Shown in pieces: positions 1 to 13,312 of a stretch of DNA of 64,000 bases. The stretch lies in the NCBI GenBank assembly GCA_950097015.1, contig CATNEN010000038.1:4464001-4528000 (forward strand), given 5' to 3'. The position numbers and the translations under genes are program-made. The DNA is from Macrostomum hystrix (taxonomy: Eukaryota; Animalia; Platyhelminthes). Numbering within the stretch: position 1 is the stretch's first letter; each line of letters opens with the position of its first letter. The notes below the pieces were generated by a model, which saw nothing but the letters and a program-made list of their open reading frames with translations, searched no databases and had not been told where the DNA came from.

Positions 1-82
1 CAAATGAGCCATAATTACTAAACATTATTAATTCTTTAAAAATGTAAAAAATTCCACCCTTCAAAAACAGCTCGCCTGTGAC

Positions 83-388
83 CTTGTTCTTATTTAGACT
101 CAGAATCTCCAAGCAGGGCAGTTCAGGCAGCTGCAGGTCGCCATCCAGTTCATTGTCATCTGCTATGAGTGTCTTCAGCTGTGTCAGTGGAGCCAGTGAT
201 GACAGACTCCTTGAACCAAACAAATTGAATAATTAGCTAACTAATAAGAACAAGCTTATGGCATCCTCAGTGTATAGCCAAATCAGTGCAGGTGCATACC
301 TAAAGCAATTGTGTGAAATGTCCAGTGTCCCAGCTGTATTATCTACATCTGGTGGCAGTGCCTGCAATTCTTGCCAGCAATAACTCAT
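83..388 (-). CDS. LRMDA: LRMDA/C10orf11-like leucine-rich repeat protein, 5' exons (gene continues off the left edge)
   Basis: Exons 388-300 and 209-83 translate to MSYCWQELQALPPDVDNTAGTLDISHNCFR/SLSSLAPLTQLKTLIADDNELDGDLQLPELPCLEILSLNKNK. This resembles, from memory, LRMDA [42 protein letters not shown]. The phase-2 GT-AG intron is 299-210. The donor after 83 is uncertain because an alternative GC donor lies 7 nt further. Not in the ORF track. Confidence 0.8.
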
Positions 389-884
389 TTAAATTAAAGA
401 ATAGCTGGAATTTGAGAAATGCACAAATAGAAAGGTTAGATTTCTTAAATGCTGGTAATAAGTTGATTAACTACAGTACAGAAATCAAATAAATATAATA
501 CTGTTGCAGTCAATAAACACACAAGTGAGCATGAGTACAGTTGCACTTAAATAATGCCTCCACCTCTGCCAAGTTGGGGAGTTGCTTGCTAAGCTGGGGG
601 TTGCAAAGTCATGCCACCTTTTTGCACCTCCCTAGGCCCCTCTCTCGCTCTTACAGAATTTCTTTAGATAAAAATGTAAACACAATGCAGCACACAATTT
701 TGTTGCCATTCCAACTATTAAACAAAATGCCTTCTACCTTGACACTTAAAAAGTAGAAGACAATATCACCATCATTTTTTATGTGCTAGTAGAAAAAATT
801 TTTGCATTAACACATGTTATATTTATGCAAAAAGTAAGTTTTGGTACAATAGTAGGCCCTAGATTTATTTAATTAGTTACCCTA

Positions 885-1514
885 TGTATAAAACATGGAT
901 CTTGGCCCCACTGGGTTTACCATATAACAAAAATTTTGGCATAAGTATGGTTTCGTTCGTTAAACTCAAATTTGCGCAAAAATCAAAATTTAAGACCGTG
1001 ATCTTGTGGCAGTGTCTATGGCCAAAATTTACCCCATGGTCAGTGGCACTGACGTGGCAGTTGCGCTGGTGAGGAGCGCGATTTAAAATTCAAATCAGAC
1101 ACTTATTGATATGGCTGGCGGACGCCCATCAGCACCAATTGTCCTCATTGTCCTCGAAGTTCCCGCGTCCCCACTTCCGGCACTTCCTGCACTGTATCAC
1201 GTAGCACTTCGCTTTTGCGAAGCTTCAGCTGTAGCTTCTACCCAAAAGACATTATCCTGACGTTTCTCAATGTTACCCGTTATCCTTCTTACGCCAGTTA
1301 TTGTTTTTTGCACAAATTTGAGTTTAACAAACAAAACCATACTTATGCCAAAATTTTCAAAGGATTACCATTATTCTGACTTTTTTGCAATGAATTTAAG
1401 TAGTGATTCTGAAACATAAACTTTACAAATATTTATATAACTTATATCATGGAAAGTATATTTGTTGCTATAATGCCTCAACTCTAGTGGTCCCAGTGAT
1501 CCATGTTTTATACA
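885..1514. mobile_element. MITE-like element with two nested pairs of inverted repeats
   Basis: Outer IR: TGTATAAAACATGGATC.. (885-913) versus ..GATCCATGTTTTATACA (1484-1514). Inner ~53-bp IR: AAAATTTTGGCATAAGTATGGTTT..TTAAACTCAAATTTG (929-982) versus 1305-1357. No transposase ORF. Confidence 0.6.
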
Positions 1515-2799
1515 CATCATACAGAGAAAACTACAGGTCCTAGGCCTATCCTCTAGTTATAAAATGATAGGGCCTATCAAGTAAATAGTTAAATATATTT
1601 ATTTGGGAAAAATGTTACCTTTACATCTAGAGCTTTTGATTTGAGCATAAAACTGCATGCCTTTTTGTTTCTATAGGCTATAGGCTAGCTATATAAATTA
1701 TAAGTTAGCTAAAAGGAGAAAACTGACTAGCTAGATAAAAATTGCACAGTTGCAACTAATTATGTCAGTATGTCAGTATAATTACCTTTTCATTTCTGAA
1801 AAGTGCAATAAACATACAGAAAAGTATTTTGCTTCGTTTACAAAAAACTAAAAGAAAAAACACCAGCCCCAGTTCTAAGCCTTAGTTAGCTATACAAACA
1901 CTTTTTACACTTCAGAACAAGATTAGTCTTTTTATTTCAGTCTAAACTTTAGCATGTTTTCTGGTGAAAAGCATTCAAACTTTAATACATAATTATAGTT
2001 TATGTACCCCACAAGGTCAACATGGCTAGATGGCCAGGATCGATACCATACCAATATCATATCACTATAGCAGGAACACTAGGCCTAATAATATCCCGTA
2101 GGCCTATTAGGCCCATGAATGATTTACTTTCATGGTATAGCCTAAGCTGAGTATTTAAAAAGACAGGTAGTCTTCCTCAGGATAACTATTTGGCTGAATA
2201 TGACTAGTGACTTATGACAAGTGTTACGGTTGTTAAGAAGATCTCCATTATTTACTTTTTTATTCGAACAAGGATCAATATTTTTCTGAAATAAATGGAT
2301 AGGTTTCACCAACTTAGATTTGTGCGTGCGTACCTCTCTTCTTTTTTAAAGTAAAACAAATAGGTACTATTGAAGCTTAACTTATCCAAAAGTATGTCTC
2401 AAAAAACAAGTGTTCTACAGGCTTTTATTTGATGCATGTTTGGCACATTTGAAGTTTGAAGTATATTTAAGGTCAAGTAATAATTATATAAATTACGCAG
2501 TTATGTAATGCGTAAGTGCCATAAGCACGCAACAACAAATTCCTTTTTTCAAGTAAGGTGATGCACGCAAAATTATTTTAACCACCTTTTTTCATAACAA
2601 CAGTGATTTTAAAATATATATAATGCGCACCAGAGCACACCAACGTGCAGTGTCCACAATCTGCAAAATATTAGAAAGCCTCATGCTAGAGAACTTTTTT
2701 GTAGTTTTTGTCCGATTAATTTAGTCAAACGGTTCTAAATTGTTAGAGACGTTATTCTCGGTGGAAATCCCGAAATAAAGAAGGCAAAATTTAAGCGAT

Positions 2800-3290
2800 C
2801 TTACTCCGCAGGTGATATTTGATAGCTGCGGGCCTAGACAACGGCCGTGATTTGCCGCTCAGTCGACGGTACCTTACGATGAACGATGAATCAATTTGAT
2901 GAGAAAAGTTGCTCTCACCGAGAGAAAAAAAATAATGCGGAGTCTTCACCGCTATGGGACTTTAGTCTTGTCTGCTCTTTTGGCTAGGCCAGGCTAGTTC
3001 TGCTAACGATTTCGGAGATTTGGAGAACGGACTAAGGGAGATGAGGACGAGCGAGGCGGCCTCCAAACCCGCACGAGCCTAAACAAGCGGAGCACGCGTG
3101 TGGAGGGCGCGGCTTTAGTTAGCCACCAGGGGCGACTAAAGCGAAGCTTGACCAATCAAAACAACAGACAAAATTAACGCAGCGGGGAAAGAGTGTTGGG
3201 GCCGGGATGGGGCGCGGGCCTCGCTGGCCCAGAGGCTCACCCCACCCCCCAAACCCGACCGGCCGCAAGAGGACAGCACTAAAAAAAGCA
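2800..3290. promoter_or_regulatory. CpG/GC-rich promoter-like island, probably for the LRMDA-like gene
   Basis: Abrupt GC- and CpG-rich patch in AT-rich DNA, with a CCAAT box (~3152) and G/C-box-like runs, upstream of the minus-strand gene. Confidence 0.35.
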
Positions 3291-4512
3291 AAAACAATTA
3301 CAGCAACAATTCTTTATTTCTTAAAGTGATACGCCCCGGTTTCAATAGTTTACGAAAATTAAAACGATCTCGTGTATTGCGCCTTAAAAAAGCATCAAAA
3401 ACTTAGTGGCACCTAGCTCAGCATCAAATTTTAATATAAACGCGTACAGTTTTCGAGGTCCACTTAAAAACACTAAACAGCACGAAGATAATATGAACAG
3501 GTCTCGCACTAACCTAAATGTAAAGTCTAGACTGTTTGTTTCAATAATGATATCCTCACGATGGTCTAATTTTATGTTACGATCGAAGGTAAAACAGCAA
3601 TTTACGAGTATATATATTTTATACCAACAGGAACACTGCATTACAGTACATAACACAGTCATCAAACGGGGACAAGATTAATGGAAAAGTTTTCGTGTAT
3701 CTAATCAGTGCCAAACTAAATCTGCACACGATCATACGAACATTTTATGTTATTTTTCATGACGATGCATTCATTTAAACAGCAATTCGATGGCAGTGTG
3801 AGCGCGAGAATGTTATTTTTGTAGGCAACAAAAGTCAGCATTGCTGATCGCATGAAATAGATTGGTGCCAATAGGTAAGAAGGCAGAGGGTTGCACACAC
3901 ATGATGTGCGCTTCCGCGCTTCAAAACTTCATGGCCTTTATGCGCTGTGCATTTCAGAACTAACTGAAGTACACACATCATTTTAGCCACAGCCTTAAAT
4001 GCGCGTAGCGTCCAGAATTTTTGTTTAACTTCAATTCCTGCTTGCTGCTATCCATAATTTTGAACGGGTCTAAAGGTTTAATATTGAGGAGTGCACAATC
4101 CAGTGTTATTTTTTCGATACCTGCCAAGTGTAATTCAATTTAAGCATTCTTGTCGCTACGCACATAAGGCATGCAGTGTTAAAATATGGTGCGTTCTGAA
4201 ATGTATGCAGGGTCTCAGTTGGAAAGCCAAATTGCTCACTGACACGTAAAAAACGAAACAGCCCCTGTAACCGTCCATCGTACATGTACGTCGCTCCAAA
4301 TACACTTTCATTTGAGCAGTGTAAGTGCAAATAGCATGCCCCTGTTTAATGCCCATAAAGCAGTAGGAAAGTATGATGTCAGCTAAATATGCCTGCTTAA
4401 CTTGAGAAACTGCAACCAAATGTTATAAAAACTTTCTCTTACTCCAGGGTTTATTCATACTGACGCGAGTTTCAGCATCGACTTTGAGCGATGGCTCATT
4501 TTATTCATACGC

Positions 4513-4831
4513 CTACTCATCCAGCTTTCGTCTCCTGTTCAATCCGTTGAAGGACTACAGCAACTCTACTCATCCAGCTTTCCTCTCCTGTTCCATCCGT
4601 TGAAGGACTACAGCAACTCTACTCATCCAGCTTTCCTCTCCTGTTCAATCCGTTGAAGGACTACAGCAACTCTACTCATCCAGCTTTCCTCTCCTGTTCA
4701 ATCCGTTGAAGGACTACAGCAACTCTACTCATCCAGCTTTCCTCTCCTGTTCCATCCGTTGAAGGACTACAGCAACTCTACTCATCCAGCTTTCCTCTCC
4801 TGTTCCATCCGTTGAAGGACTACAGCAACTC
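4513..4831. repeat. 53-bp minisatellite, 6 copies
   Basis: The unit CTACTCATCCAGCTTTCCTCTCCTGTTC(A/C)ATCCGTTGAAGGACTACAGCAACT repeats head-to-tail with no spacers. Confidence 0.95.
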
Positions 4832-7117
4832 AATTTTTTCTACCTGTATGACCAGCCTATCCAATGCAGTTTCAGGTAAGTTGAGTGTGCGCCAAGCTGC
4901 TTGTGCCTACAGAGACCGTATCAAGCGAGCTGTACAATGCCTATGAGCTGCTCTCATTGGCCAGCGTGAATGCAATGCCCTGTCCCACCCGCTTGGATAT
5001 TTGCACGGGCATGCGCTTGCTAATAGACAAATTTTCTCCGCGAATTGATTCAAACGGAACAGCTCCCCGAAACTTTTACCTCAGTTCTAAACCTTCCTTC
5101 TCTCTACCACCGATTTTTCTTCCCAAAAAATCTGCTCTGCACTCCGAATCGTGTTTTTCAACTCAGCTGAGCTCGTCAAAGCCCCTAGGTCTACCTGGAC
5201 TGCTCAGTATTCTAGGTCGCTCGTGTGCTCTGGCGTAGCTCAACCTCAGCCTCAATGCGGTGAGTACGGGCTGGAGGCTGCATGCATGAGGGAAGAAAAT
5301 ATATGGGATCTGAGATTGAGGGCAGACAAGGAGAAGTCAGTGAGCGGGAGTCAGTCCTGCAGCCCCGTTAAAGAAAAGAGGCGCTGTCAGGGATTGGAAA
5401 GTCTACGGCGCGTTTCCTTGCCAAGTTCCGGTGTTGGTGAGAAGTTTATGGCGAGTTTAGCGACACTGAAATGAATCAGAGCATCAGAGGTCTGTGAGTA
5501 AAATGGTTTGCATGCTAACTTACTTTTGCCAGCTTTTGGTCATCCCAATGACCGTGTGTCCCTCTTGCACATGATAGCTTATCGTGCGTGTTTTTAAAGT
5601 ATTATATGAGCCTGTTATAGCGATGTAACCGGTAATTTAAGACAGATTAAAACAGGGTAGTGAGATGATTAAATTACATCTAGTACAGGTTAGGTGCACG
5701 ATCTTCAACTAAAATGTGGAGAATTTATTCAGCTTTCTAACAAACATTTTGAAAATCTGTTGCACGGTACGGAAGTTGTCAGTGGTACGTTAGAATTTAC
5801 CATACTTGTCCAGAAAATTGGGGTTTGGCGGGGAGTTGTGTCTCCAGTTTCTATATTCAAAGCTCTATTTCTCAGCCAGCAGGACATTATCTAGATGTCA
5901 TCTGTGTACAAATCTAGAAGAAGTAGCTATTTTTTATCTTCCGTTATGAGCTATTCTGCTTGAATTTTACTGGTTGCATCTCGTGAGAGCATTTCTTTCA
6001 ATCATATCAGTCTTCGGCAGAAGAAAACGAATCATTGTATTTTCTTAATCAATTCATCTCAGAGTAGGAACTGAACTGAACCGACCTGAACCTGCCAAGC
6101 TTTGCGCCTCACGATCTATAACCAACAGCTAACTCACCTGACCTTCTAGATAAACTCGAGCATCGGCTCGACCTGAACCTGCCAAGCTATGCGCCTGGGT
6201 TTCTTCTGCTGCTGTCGATGGAGGAGCAAACTGCTCTCGGCTGCCAGTGAGAGGCGGCGCCTATGCTACCTGACAGCTACTGGCACGGCTGCACTGTTAG
6301 TGTTTTGGACCTGTGAGTGCCGCTGAGTATTTTATCACCTGCAGTTTGCTTTGAAGTTTGCCTCTTTTGACAGGAGTTCCGCATGAGTATTCTCATCTGC
6401 GACCACAACAAGGGAGTCCTCTTTTTCCAGATGTACTTATCGTTAGTCATCTCAGGGTTCAGTCATAGAAGGAAGGTGAAGCATAAGACTGGTATTGAAA
6501 CTCTTCTACAAACTCAGGATCATACAAATAGCCATACTCGTACTCATACTCATCAAACAAACTCATACAGACAGACTTCGAAGTCACAGTTATAGTTTTT
6601 TTATCAGGACTTTGTAAGGCAAAGGTAGACTGAAATAATTTTATCCCGATCTGTTTTTTTATTTGAAAGCAAAAAGACAGGGCGATTTCCGAAGCAAAAC
6701 AATTTGCTGCTCGCGGATGGGATGCCAACAATGCCATGTATTAACGAGCCTTAATTTGAGTACTTCGAAATTTCAAGAACGTGTAACAACCCCTATTCGT
6801 TTGAACTGGTTCAATGTACGGCTAGAAAATTTCTACTTTAGCCAAAGTAGCTAAGTGACAAGCTGCTTTCTTGCACAATGGCATGACGCTCTCTAATTTC
6901 ATCAAAAAAGTTAAGCAGCAATTCTAATCAAACCTATGCGTATGTACCAATAGGTTCAGTGCGAGGTACTGGCTTATAGCTTGAGCTTAAAACAGAATTA
7001 CATTATTGTAAAGGCAATAAAAAAAATAATTTCAGGAGTGCTGTAGGCTGCACTGGTATAAATTATTTGGTGCCAGTAAACCCGAAGCAATCATAGCAAT
7101 TCTGCCCATTTTGCTGA

Positions 7118-7118
<1 letters not shown>

Positions 7119-7151
<33 letters not shown>
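7119..7151. repeat. (CA)n microsatellite
   Basis: About 16 CA units, seen directly. Confidence 0.95.
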
Positions 7152-7152
<1 letters not shown>

Positions 7153-8926
7153 TTACTGTACGTAGCCACACACTTACACATGTGTGTACATATGTCCTGA
7201 TTTTCTCATCGCCAGGCAGTGTACTCTTGCCTGTGCCTCAGATCTACAAGCCCCTGACTCAAGCCTTCTCTCCGCTCCGAATGAATGTACAGCCAATTAT
7301 TACGAATGTCCAATGACTCTGATACGAGCTCAACTACTATGCTTTGCTACCTTTATTGACCTTAATTTGGCAACAATTATTTTATCGATCAAACAAAACC
7401 AATCACACAAGCAAAAGCAATACGAATGCATATGCGATTCACTTACTTGAGCACAGAAAATCTTAAACAAACTCTGGCATGGAAGTAAGCAGTTTTGAGA
7501 CGTCTCTGTCTGCAAATGCCACGAACAAACCTACATGTACATAAAGTTTCCTAGAACTTTCGGGTACGCTCAACCATTGAGCCAAGATTGACGGGTCTGC
7601 TAGTGCATGCCACATTACATATTTTCCGAGTGGTAAATAGACGAGCCTACCAGTATTTGATTTAAAATCACTGAGATAAAGAGCGGCGATTTAGTATTGT
7701 ACAGGCCGTCACTTTTAGAACTGCACGCGTGAAAGTGCGTGCGATATCAAATCAATAAGTTGCGAGCTGAATTGTTGGGAAAAATATTCACAAAGCATGC
7801 CTCGGTCAGCTTCGTGTTATTCTCCAAGGTGACCTTGACCTTAAGTCGCCATAAGTCAGATGTACACAGGTGTGCGTGTCTGCGAAAGGCATTCTTGAGC
7901 TGAGGGTGCACTGTCGCCAAATGATGGGCCAGTGGTCACAGCTCCCCTGGGAATACGGGCCTTCAGTGAATCAGAAAAAGACTCACGGGTTTCTAGGTGA
8001 AATATAACCCATCAATCTGTATCAACTGTCACGTAATTTTTCCATTCGGCTAGATTTCTATTTCAACGCTTATGTTGTCTAGATTTTCTTCATTTTCAAA
8101 ATCTGAGAAGTATTCAGGAAAGATGCGAGCTCTAACGCCTACTGACATGCAGCCCCACCCCATGCCTGCTCAAGGAGTGGCTTGTCAATCCACCGTCTCG
8201 GCTAATGCATCTTGCAGCTGTCTCTCCTTACCTGCTTCCTTTGTTGCACGCGGCCTCTTCTTCTGATCGATTTTTGGGTAAAACGACTCCCCCCCCATCC
8301 GGGACAGCTAGAAGCTGAGCTAGCCCAATTTGTCCACCTACCTGGAGCCAGGGCTCAGAGCACGGTCAGGTGAGCTGACTCAGTCAATATTGGCCAGACA
8401 GGGGGGCATCCGAAGGTATTTAGGCCTCGCTCATAATGAGTCAGACAAAAAATTTTGACGAAAATATAGATATACTCTATATGAAGTATAGAGTACAGAA
8501 AAGATTTGACACAAGGATTAGGAAATATACAGTCCAGTGGGTTGGTGCGCTCTGTTTCAGCGGCCTGAGTTTGCTGTAGATTAGCACGCGGAGTTTCTGT
8601 CTGCTCAACTGGGGCTAGAAGACACACAAAAAACATAAAATCTCTTTCAATTGAAACAATGAAAGGGCTTCCGGGAAAACGCAGCGGGACATAGCTTGCG
8701 TGCTTAATTGTTTTTTATGAAGTTTAGCACACGCACTTGCCAGCCAGCAGATTCACAGGCCCTCCTAGTTCGGAACTCAATGAGTTTCTAAATGAGCCTC
8801 ACAAGCTTGACACCTTGAATGTTCGATAGAGCAAGGCGTGTGCTCGTTCGGAAGCTCGATAGATAAACTGGCTTGTCTATTAGCTCCGCCAAAACATTTA
8901 ATTACCCCTCGCCGATTTTACTCCAG

Positions 8927-10978
8927 TCTTGCTGCAGCACGGGGTGGAGCTACGCGACCTACCGGGCCTGTTTCGAGCCCACAGTGATGCCATTGAGATT
9001 CACTCGATGATGCCCAACTCATCGTCTGGAGCGACGGATAGGGGCTGCCCTGCGAACACCAGCTGCATTGCCATGGCAACCAAAGCATTCGGCAGCTACG
9101 TCTATTGGCAAAATGTACTTTTGCCTGACCTCGTGCCCGGCTGCTCGTCGGAATGTCGGTTGATAGCGGACCCGGCGCAAGCGCACGCTCTGCTGTTCCA
9201 CGGCTTCGACTTGCCCAGCCGTCGTCGACTGCGCCACATGCGACAGACTCAGCCGGCCAACCAGCTCTGGGTCTACTACAGCCTGGAGAGCCCGGTCCAC
9301 CTCGTCACTAACCGGTGCATTCGGGACTGTCGGTTCTCGTCCTGGCTGCAGTTTGCAGGCGGCGCACTGGCATTTGCCAAGGAGTTTGTGTTCCCGTCCT
9401 ATCTGTTGCGGCCTTATCCAGACACCACGGAGGAGGCCAGCTACTTCAACTGGACCATCACCTATAGGAGGGACTCAACAATCTACACACCGTACTCACG
9501 ATTCGCCGCTGTAGATTTGGCAAACGAGAAACACTGGTGAGCTCACGAGATTGCAGATCATTGTCTGCTGAGTGCAAATGTTCTCCTTTAAAAATACTGT
9601 ACTATACGAATATTTATTCCATCGACACATTCTATTCGGATTATAGACTTCGAACGGCTCCAAAAAGCCATTGTGAGCGGATGTTTGCTTAGATCACAAC
9701 AATAGCAGTAGCTGAAGGCTGATTGTGAGCCTGTCTCAGCCAGTTAACTAATTCTTTACAAAGGCATGGAAGCATGGATAACTAGGAATAGATTCGCTAG
9801 TAAGATCCAGAGATGATCGTCGGCTGCAAGAAATTCTCGCGTATTCAAAAGAGCAGAAAAAATTTCCTGGGCTTTGTTCGTTTAGCCAGAGGAAAAGGTA
9901 AAGAAGATTGCAAATGATTGTCAAAAGAAGATGTTCTTTGTTTCCATCACGCCTGACCGGAGGATCTTGATAAAAGCGAAGCCTTGTCCGTCAGCTGAAT
10001 CAATGAGCAAGCTTTACAAGCGGGGATTTTCGCTATGCTAAGCGGTTTGAAAGGAAAGATGAGAGAGCAAAAATACATGTATCAAAGCGGGGAAATTTTT
10101 CGACGCGAATAGAGCACGTTTGCATGTTGCACTGTCAATGACCCACTAGAAAATGACATAGCTAATATTTTGGTTGCAGCGCCAAGTTGCTCAGAAGGCA
10201 GTGTCTAAAATACAATTTTTGCACCTGCTCGCTCTCGTCAATCATCATCAAAGTTCATTCGAAGATACTAAACCTCAATCAATATTTCTAAATGCTGAAA
10301 CTTTGTTGCCTGGCAATACTCAATCTTTCCGACTGATTTTTGACCAATTTAAGGCCGATCGAGCTGCCTCCGAAAGTTTCGCTCGCGGAGAAGAAGCACC
10401 TCAGCTTCATCGTGGTGTCGAATTGCCACCCGTTCAATCGGCGCCAAGAAGTGCTAGCCGAACTGTCCAAGCACATGGAGATTCACGTCTACGGCGCGTG
10501 CGGCGACAGGGTCCTGCCATCCGGCGTCAGCATCACCGAGCTGTCTAAGCAGTACTATTTTCACATCAGCTTCGAGAACGCATTTTGTCGAGACTACATC
10601 ACGGAGAAGTTCTTTCTAAACGGTCTGTGGAGCCGTGCAGTTCCTGTGGCGTTCGCAGGCTATTCCAAAGAGGATCTGGAGGCGGTGGCGCCGCCGCATT
10701 CCTTCCTGTACGCCGGCGACTTCAAGTCAGCCGCCGAATTAGGGAGTCGTTTGAAAAGCTTAGCCGCAGATCACGACCAGTACAAAGCCTTCCACCGCTG
10801 GAGGCGCACGCACGGTCTGCTCGACCAGGCCAGGATGCGGGAATACAATGTGTTCTGCCAGCTTTGCCGCAAGCTCAGATCTTCCGCCGGCTCCAAGGCG
10901 TTGATGGACCTGAACCAGTTTTACAACAGCGGCCAGCAGTGCCGGCCAACTGACTTTGATCCATTCTCAAATGCCTAA
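8927..10978 (+). CDS. Alpha-(1,3)-fucosyltransferase (glycosyltransferase family 10)
   Basis: Exons 8927-9536 and 10354-10978 join in phase 2 (TG|G=W). GT10 motifs are present: AHALLFH, QLWVYYSLESP, FNWTITYRRDS, VVSNC and YYFHISFENAFCRDYITEKF. A phase-compatible candidate first exon is 8205-8277 (MHLAAVSPYLLPLLHAASSSDRFL), low confidence. Confidence 0.9.
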
Positions 10979-11218
10979 TCACTGACCGTAGCTTTCAATA
11001 ATTGTGCACGTTGCTTGATTAAATCAAGAATACGTTTTACGAGTATAAGCGGGTTAAACTCTGCGTTTATTTATTTCGAAAATAAAGATGTACGCTCGTA
11101 TATCTGGTTTTTTGAGCACAAGATTGAAGACAAGATGAACAGGCGTTGACGTGCATTGCTCACAATAATGAATGCAGCCACTGCGTAAAAGTTTTCTAAG
11201 TGACTCATTTGGAGGAAG

Positions 11219-11794
11219 CTGCAATTGTACCGCATGTTACAATGCGAGACACGTGAGCCTCTAAAAAACAGTTCCTTGAGTCTCTTATTAGCGTAGTACA
11301 TGTGTTACAACGCTTTGTCACCGCGCCATGCGGTGGTCTCATCTCTCCCTTGTCTCATCTCTCCCCTGTCTAATCTCTCCCATGACTCATCTCTTCCCTG
11401 TCTCATCTCTCCCCTGTCTCATGTCCTCATGTATCCGGCTGCCTTGCAAATTTTATGCATTAGCAAAGCAAGTACTAGAGTTGAGTTAGCGCTGGCCAGA
11501 AAAAGCATAGCTTCTCAAAGGTATTCAGTGGAAGGTAAATATGAAAATAAAGCAGGCAGTGATTAGTAAAGTGGTTAGCATAGCTTATGTTTCGCATAGC
11601 TGTCCGGGCGTGTTAGTCTTTGCTGTGCTCTGGAGTCTCTTGCCGACCTTGTCTAATGTAATTGTGTAAACATTGTCTGAACGCGATAGTGCGTACGTTA
11701 GTGTGTGCGAACTCTCGGGACCCATGAGAGCATGCCCTCATGCACTGCAATTGTACCGCATGTAACAATGCGAGACACGCGAGCCTCTAAAAAA
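11219..11794. repeat. Pair of ~50-bp direct repeats flanking a short (TGTCTCATCTCTCCC)n-type array
   Basis: CTGCAATTGTACCGCATGT(T/A)ACAATGCGAGACACG(T/C)GAGCCTCTAAAAAAC occurs at 11219-11269 and 11745-11794. The internal array at 11336-11425 recurs in reverse at 39773-39895. Confidence 0.7.
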
Positions 11795-12496
11795 CTACTG
11801 CTATAGAACAGTTTATATTGTAGCACAGGAAAATTAGGGTAACATGGTTTTGTGCCAATGAGTTAATTAATTGACCCCCGCAGTACACTAAAGTGACGGG
11901 TTCATGCCTTTTGCCACTCACAGATGCCCAATTTAGAACCGTGAGCAAAGGCATTGGGAGAGACTGGTATGAGGCATCTGCATGCACACTGGTTTTCTAC
12001 CCCCGTCGGATCTGCCAGGCTCACGCAGCTGGCAGAGCAAATATAGAGAATTTTAGGAGGCTTTCCCAGTGAATGGCATGGAAAGTGTGCTTTAGCGGGC
12101 TGCAGACCCTCAGGACGCCAAGCTAACCTAGTCAAGCTACCTAAAACAAATGCACAAAGTTCCTCTCTGTGTACTAGCTGGAACTGCTCGCTGATATCAA
12201 TAAAAAAGTTTAGACGGTGATTCATGGCCTACAGTATTTTTGGATGTGACACACCTGCTGCCTCAGAGAGAAATGTTTCAGTTTTACATGCTACTTAAAG
12301 TAGAATATTCCAAGCATTAGACTGTTTTGTTTTGTCTGTAGGCAACAGATACTATATTGACTGGATGGGCCACTCAAGCTAATTTTAGTTGTAGGTTTTT
12401 ATACTTTTTTTCATATTTTTTAATTGAAGTTTTAATGTGACGCGAAATTAGAATATTATTGTAAGATATCCGCCTCGTCGACTGTCCTTTGCACAA

Positions 12497-12720
12497 GGGC
12501 GGATAGCTCAGTCATTAAGATGTCGGACTCTCGATCAGATGGTCCTGGGTTCGACTCCCAACCTAGTCTAGAACTATTCGTGCAGCCTTTGGCAAGCTGC
12601 TTTGCCCTGATGTGCACACTGTCTACTCAGCTGCAAATGAGTACCGACATTTCGTCGGGTAATAATAAATCCGGCTGGTGTGGAATAAAGCAGTTATAAG
12701 ACTATACGATTAAAAAATAA
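12497..12720 (+). mobile_element. tRNA-derived SINE
   Basis: A box TAGCTCAGTCA (12504) and B box GGTTCGACTCC (12548) are followed by a non-tRNA body (..CTCAGCTGCAAATGAGTACC..) and an A-rich tail. Confidence 0.75.
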
Positions 12721-13174
12721 GTACACATATTCTTTACACATTAATATTACTATTAATATTATTAATATATTATTATATTATGAAATAGGGCCTCCGATTA
12801 TTCTTAGTTTCTTAGAAATTTCCCGCGAAATAATATGTTTGTTATAATGCACCGAATTTGTTTTTATGCACCGAACTTGTTATAATGCACCGAACGCACA
12901 GAAATATAGAAGTTATACTGAAGTGAGGAAAGGAGAAGTTTTAATATAAATACACAAGCGCAAGAAAGAGGAAAACTAACTCGGACAACCTCGGTTGAAA
13001 GGAGTTCAGATTGAGAAAGCTTGAATCTTGAAGTGTTCGTGTTAAAGTTATTTGAGACAGAGAATTGCGAAAGAGAAGTAAATAGAGTGAAGAAAAAGAT
13101 GTAAATCTAGATCCACTGGTAAAGCCCAGAAGACGGACTGAAGACTAAATTGAAGGTTAACTGAATAACAATTG

Positions 13175-13312
13175 AAGAGTGATAAAGACTGATAAAGACG
13201 GATAAAGAGTGATAAAGAGTGATAAAGACGGATAAAGACTGATAAAGACGGATAAAGAGTGATAAAGACTGATAAAGACGGATAAAGACTGATAAAGACG
13301 GATAAAGATTGA
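13175..13312. repeat. 10-bp tandem repeat GATAAAGA(CT/CG/GT)
   Basis: About 13 units. A second ~22-bp repeat, CCATATTGAAAGTATAACGCTA, has ~3 copies at 13369-13440. Confidence 0.9.

Noticed and set aside
4885-5474. Overlapping 117-aa and 107-aa ORFs after the 53-mer array
   Set aside because: No recognisable domain, no splice support and non-ATG starts. Possibly decayed transposon sequence, but I cannot support that.
6200-6600. Apparent short GTGAGT..TTTTGACAG intron near 6323-6373
   Set aside because: The joined frame I tested stops almost at once. It may be a non-coding or UTR exon pair, but no gene can be assigned.
12497-12570. Possible tRNA gene
   Set aside because: The A and B boxes are present but there is no proper acceptor stem, and the sequence continues into a SINE-like body and tail.
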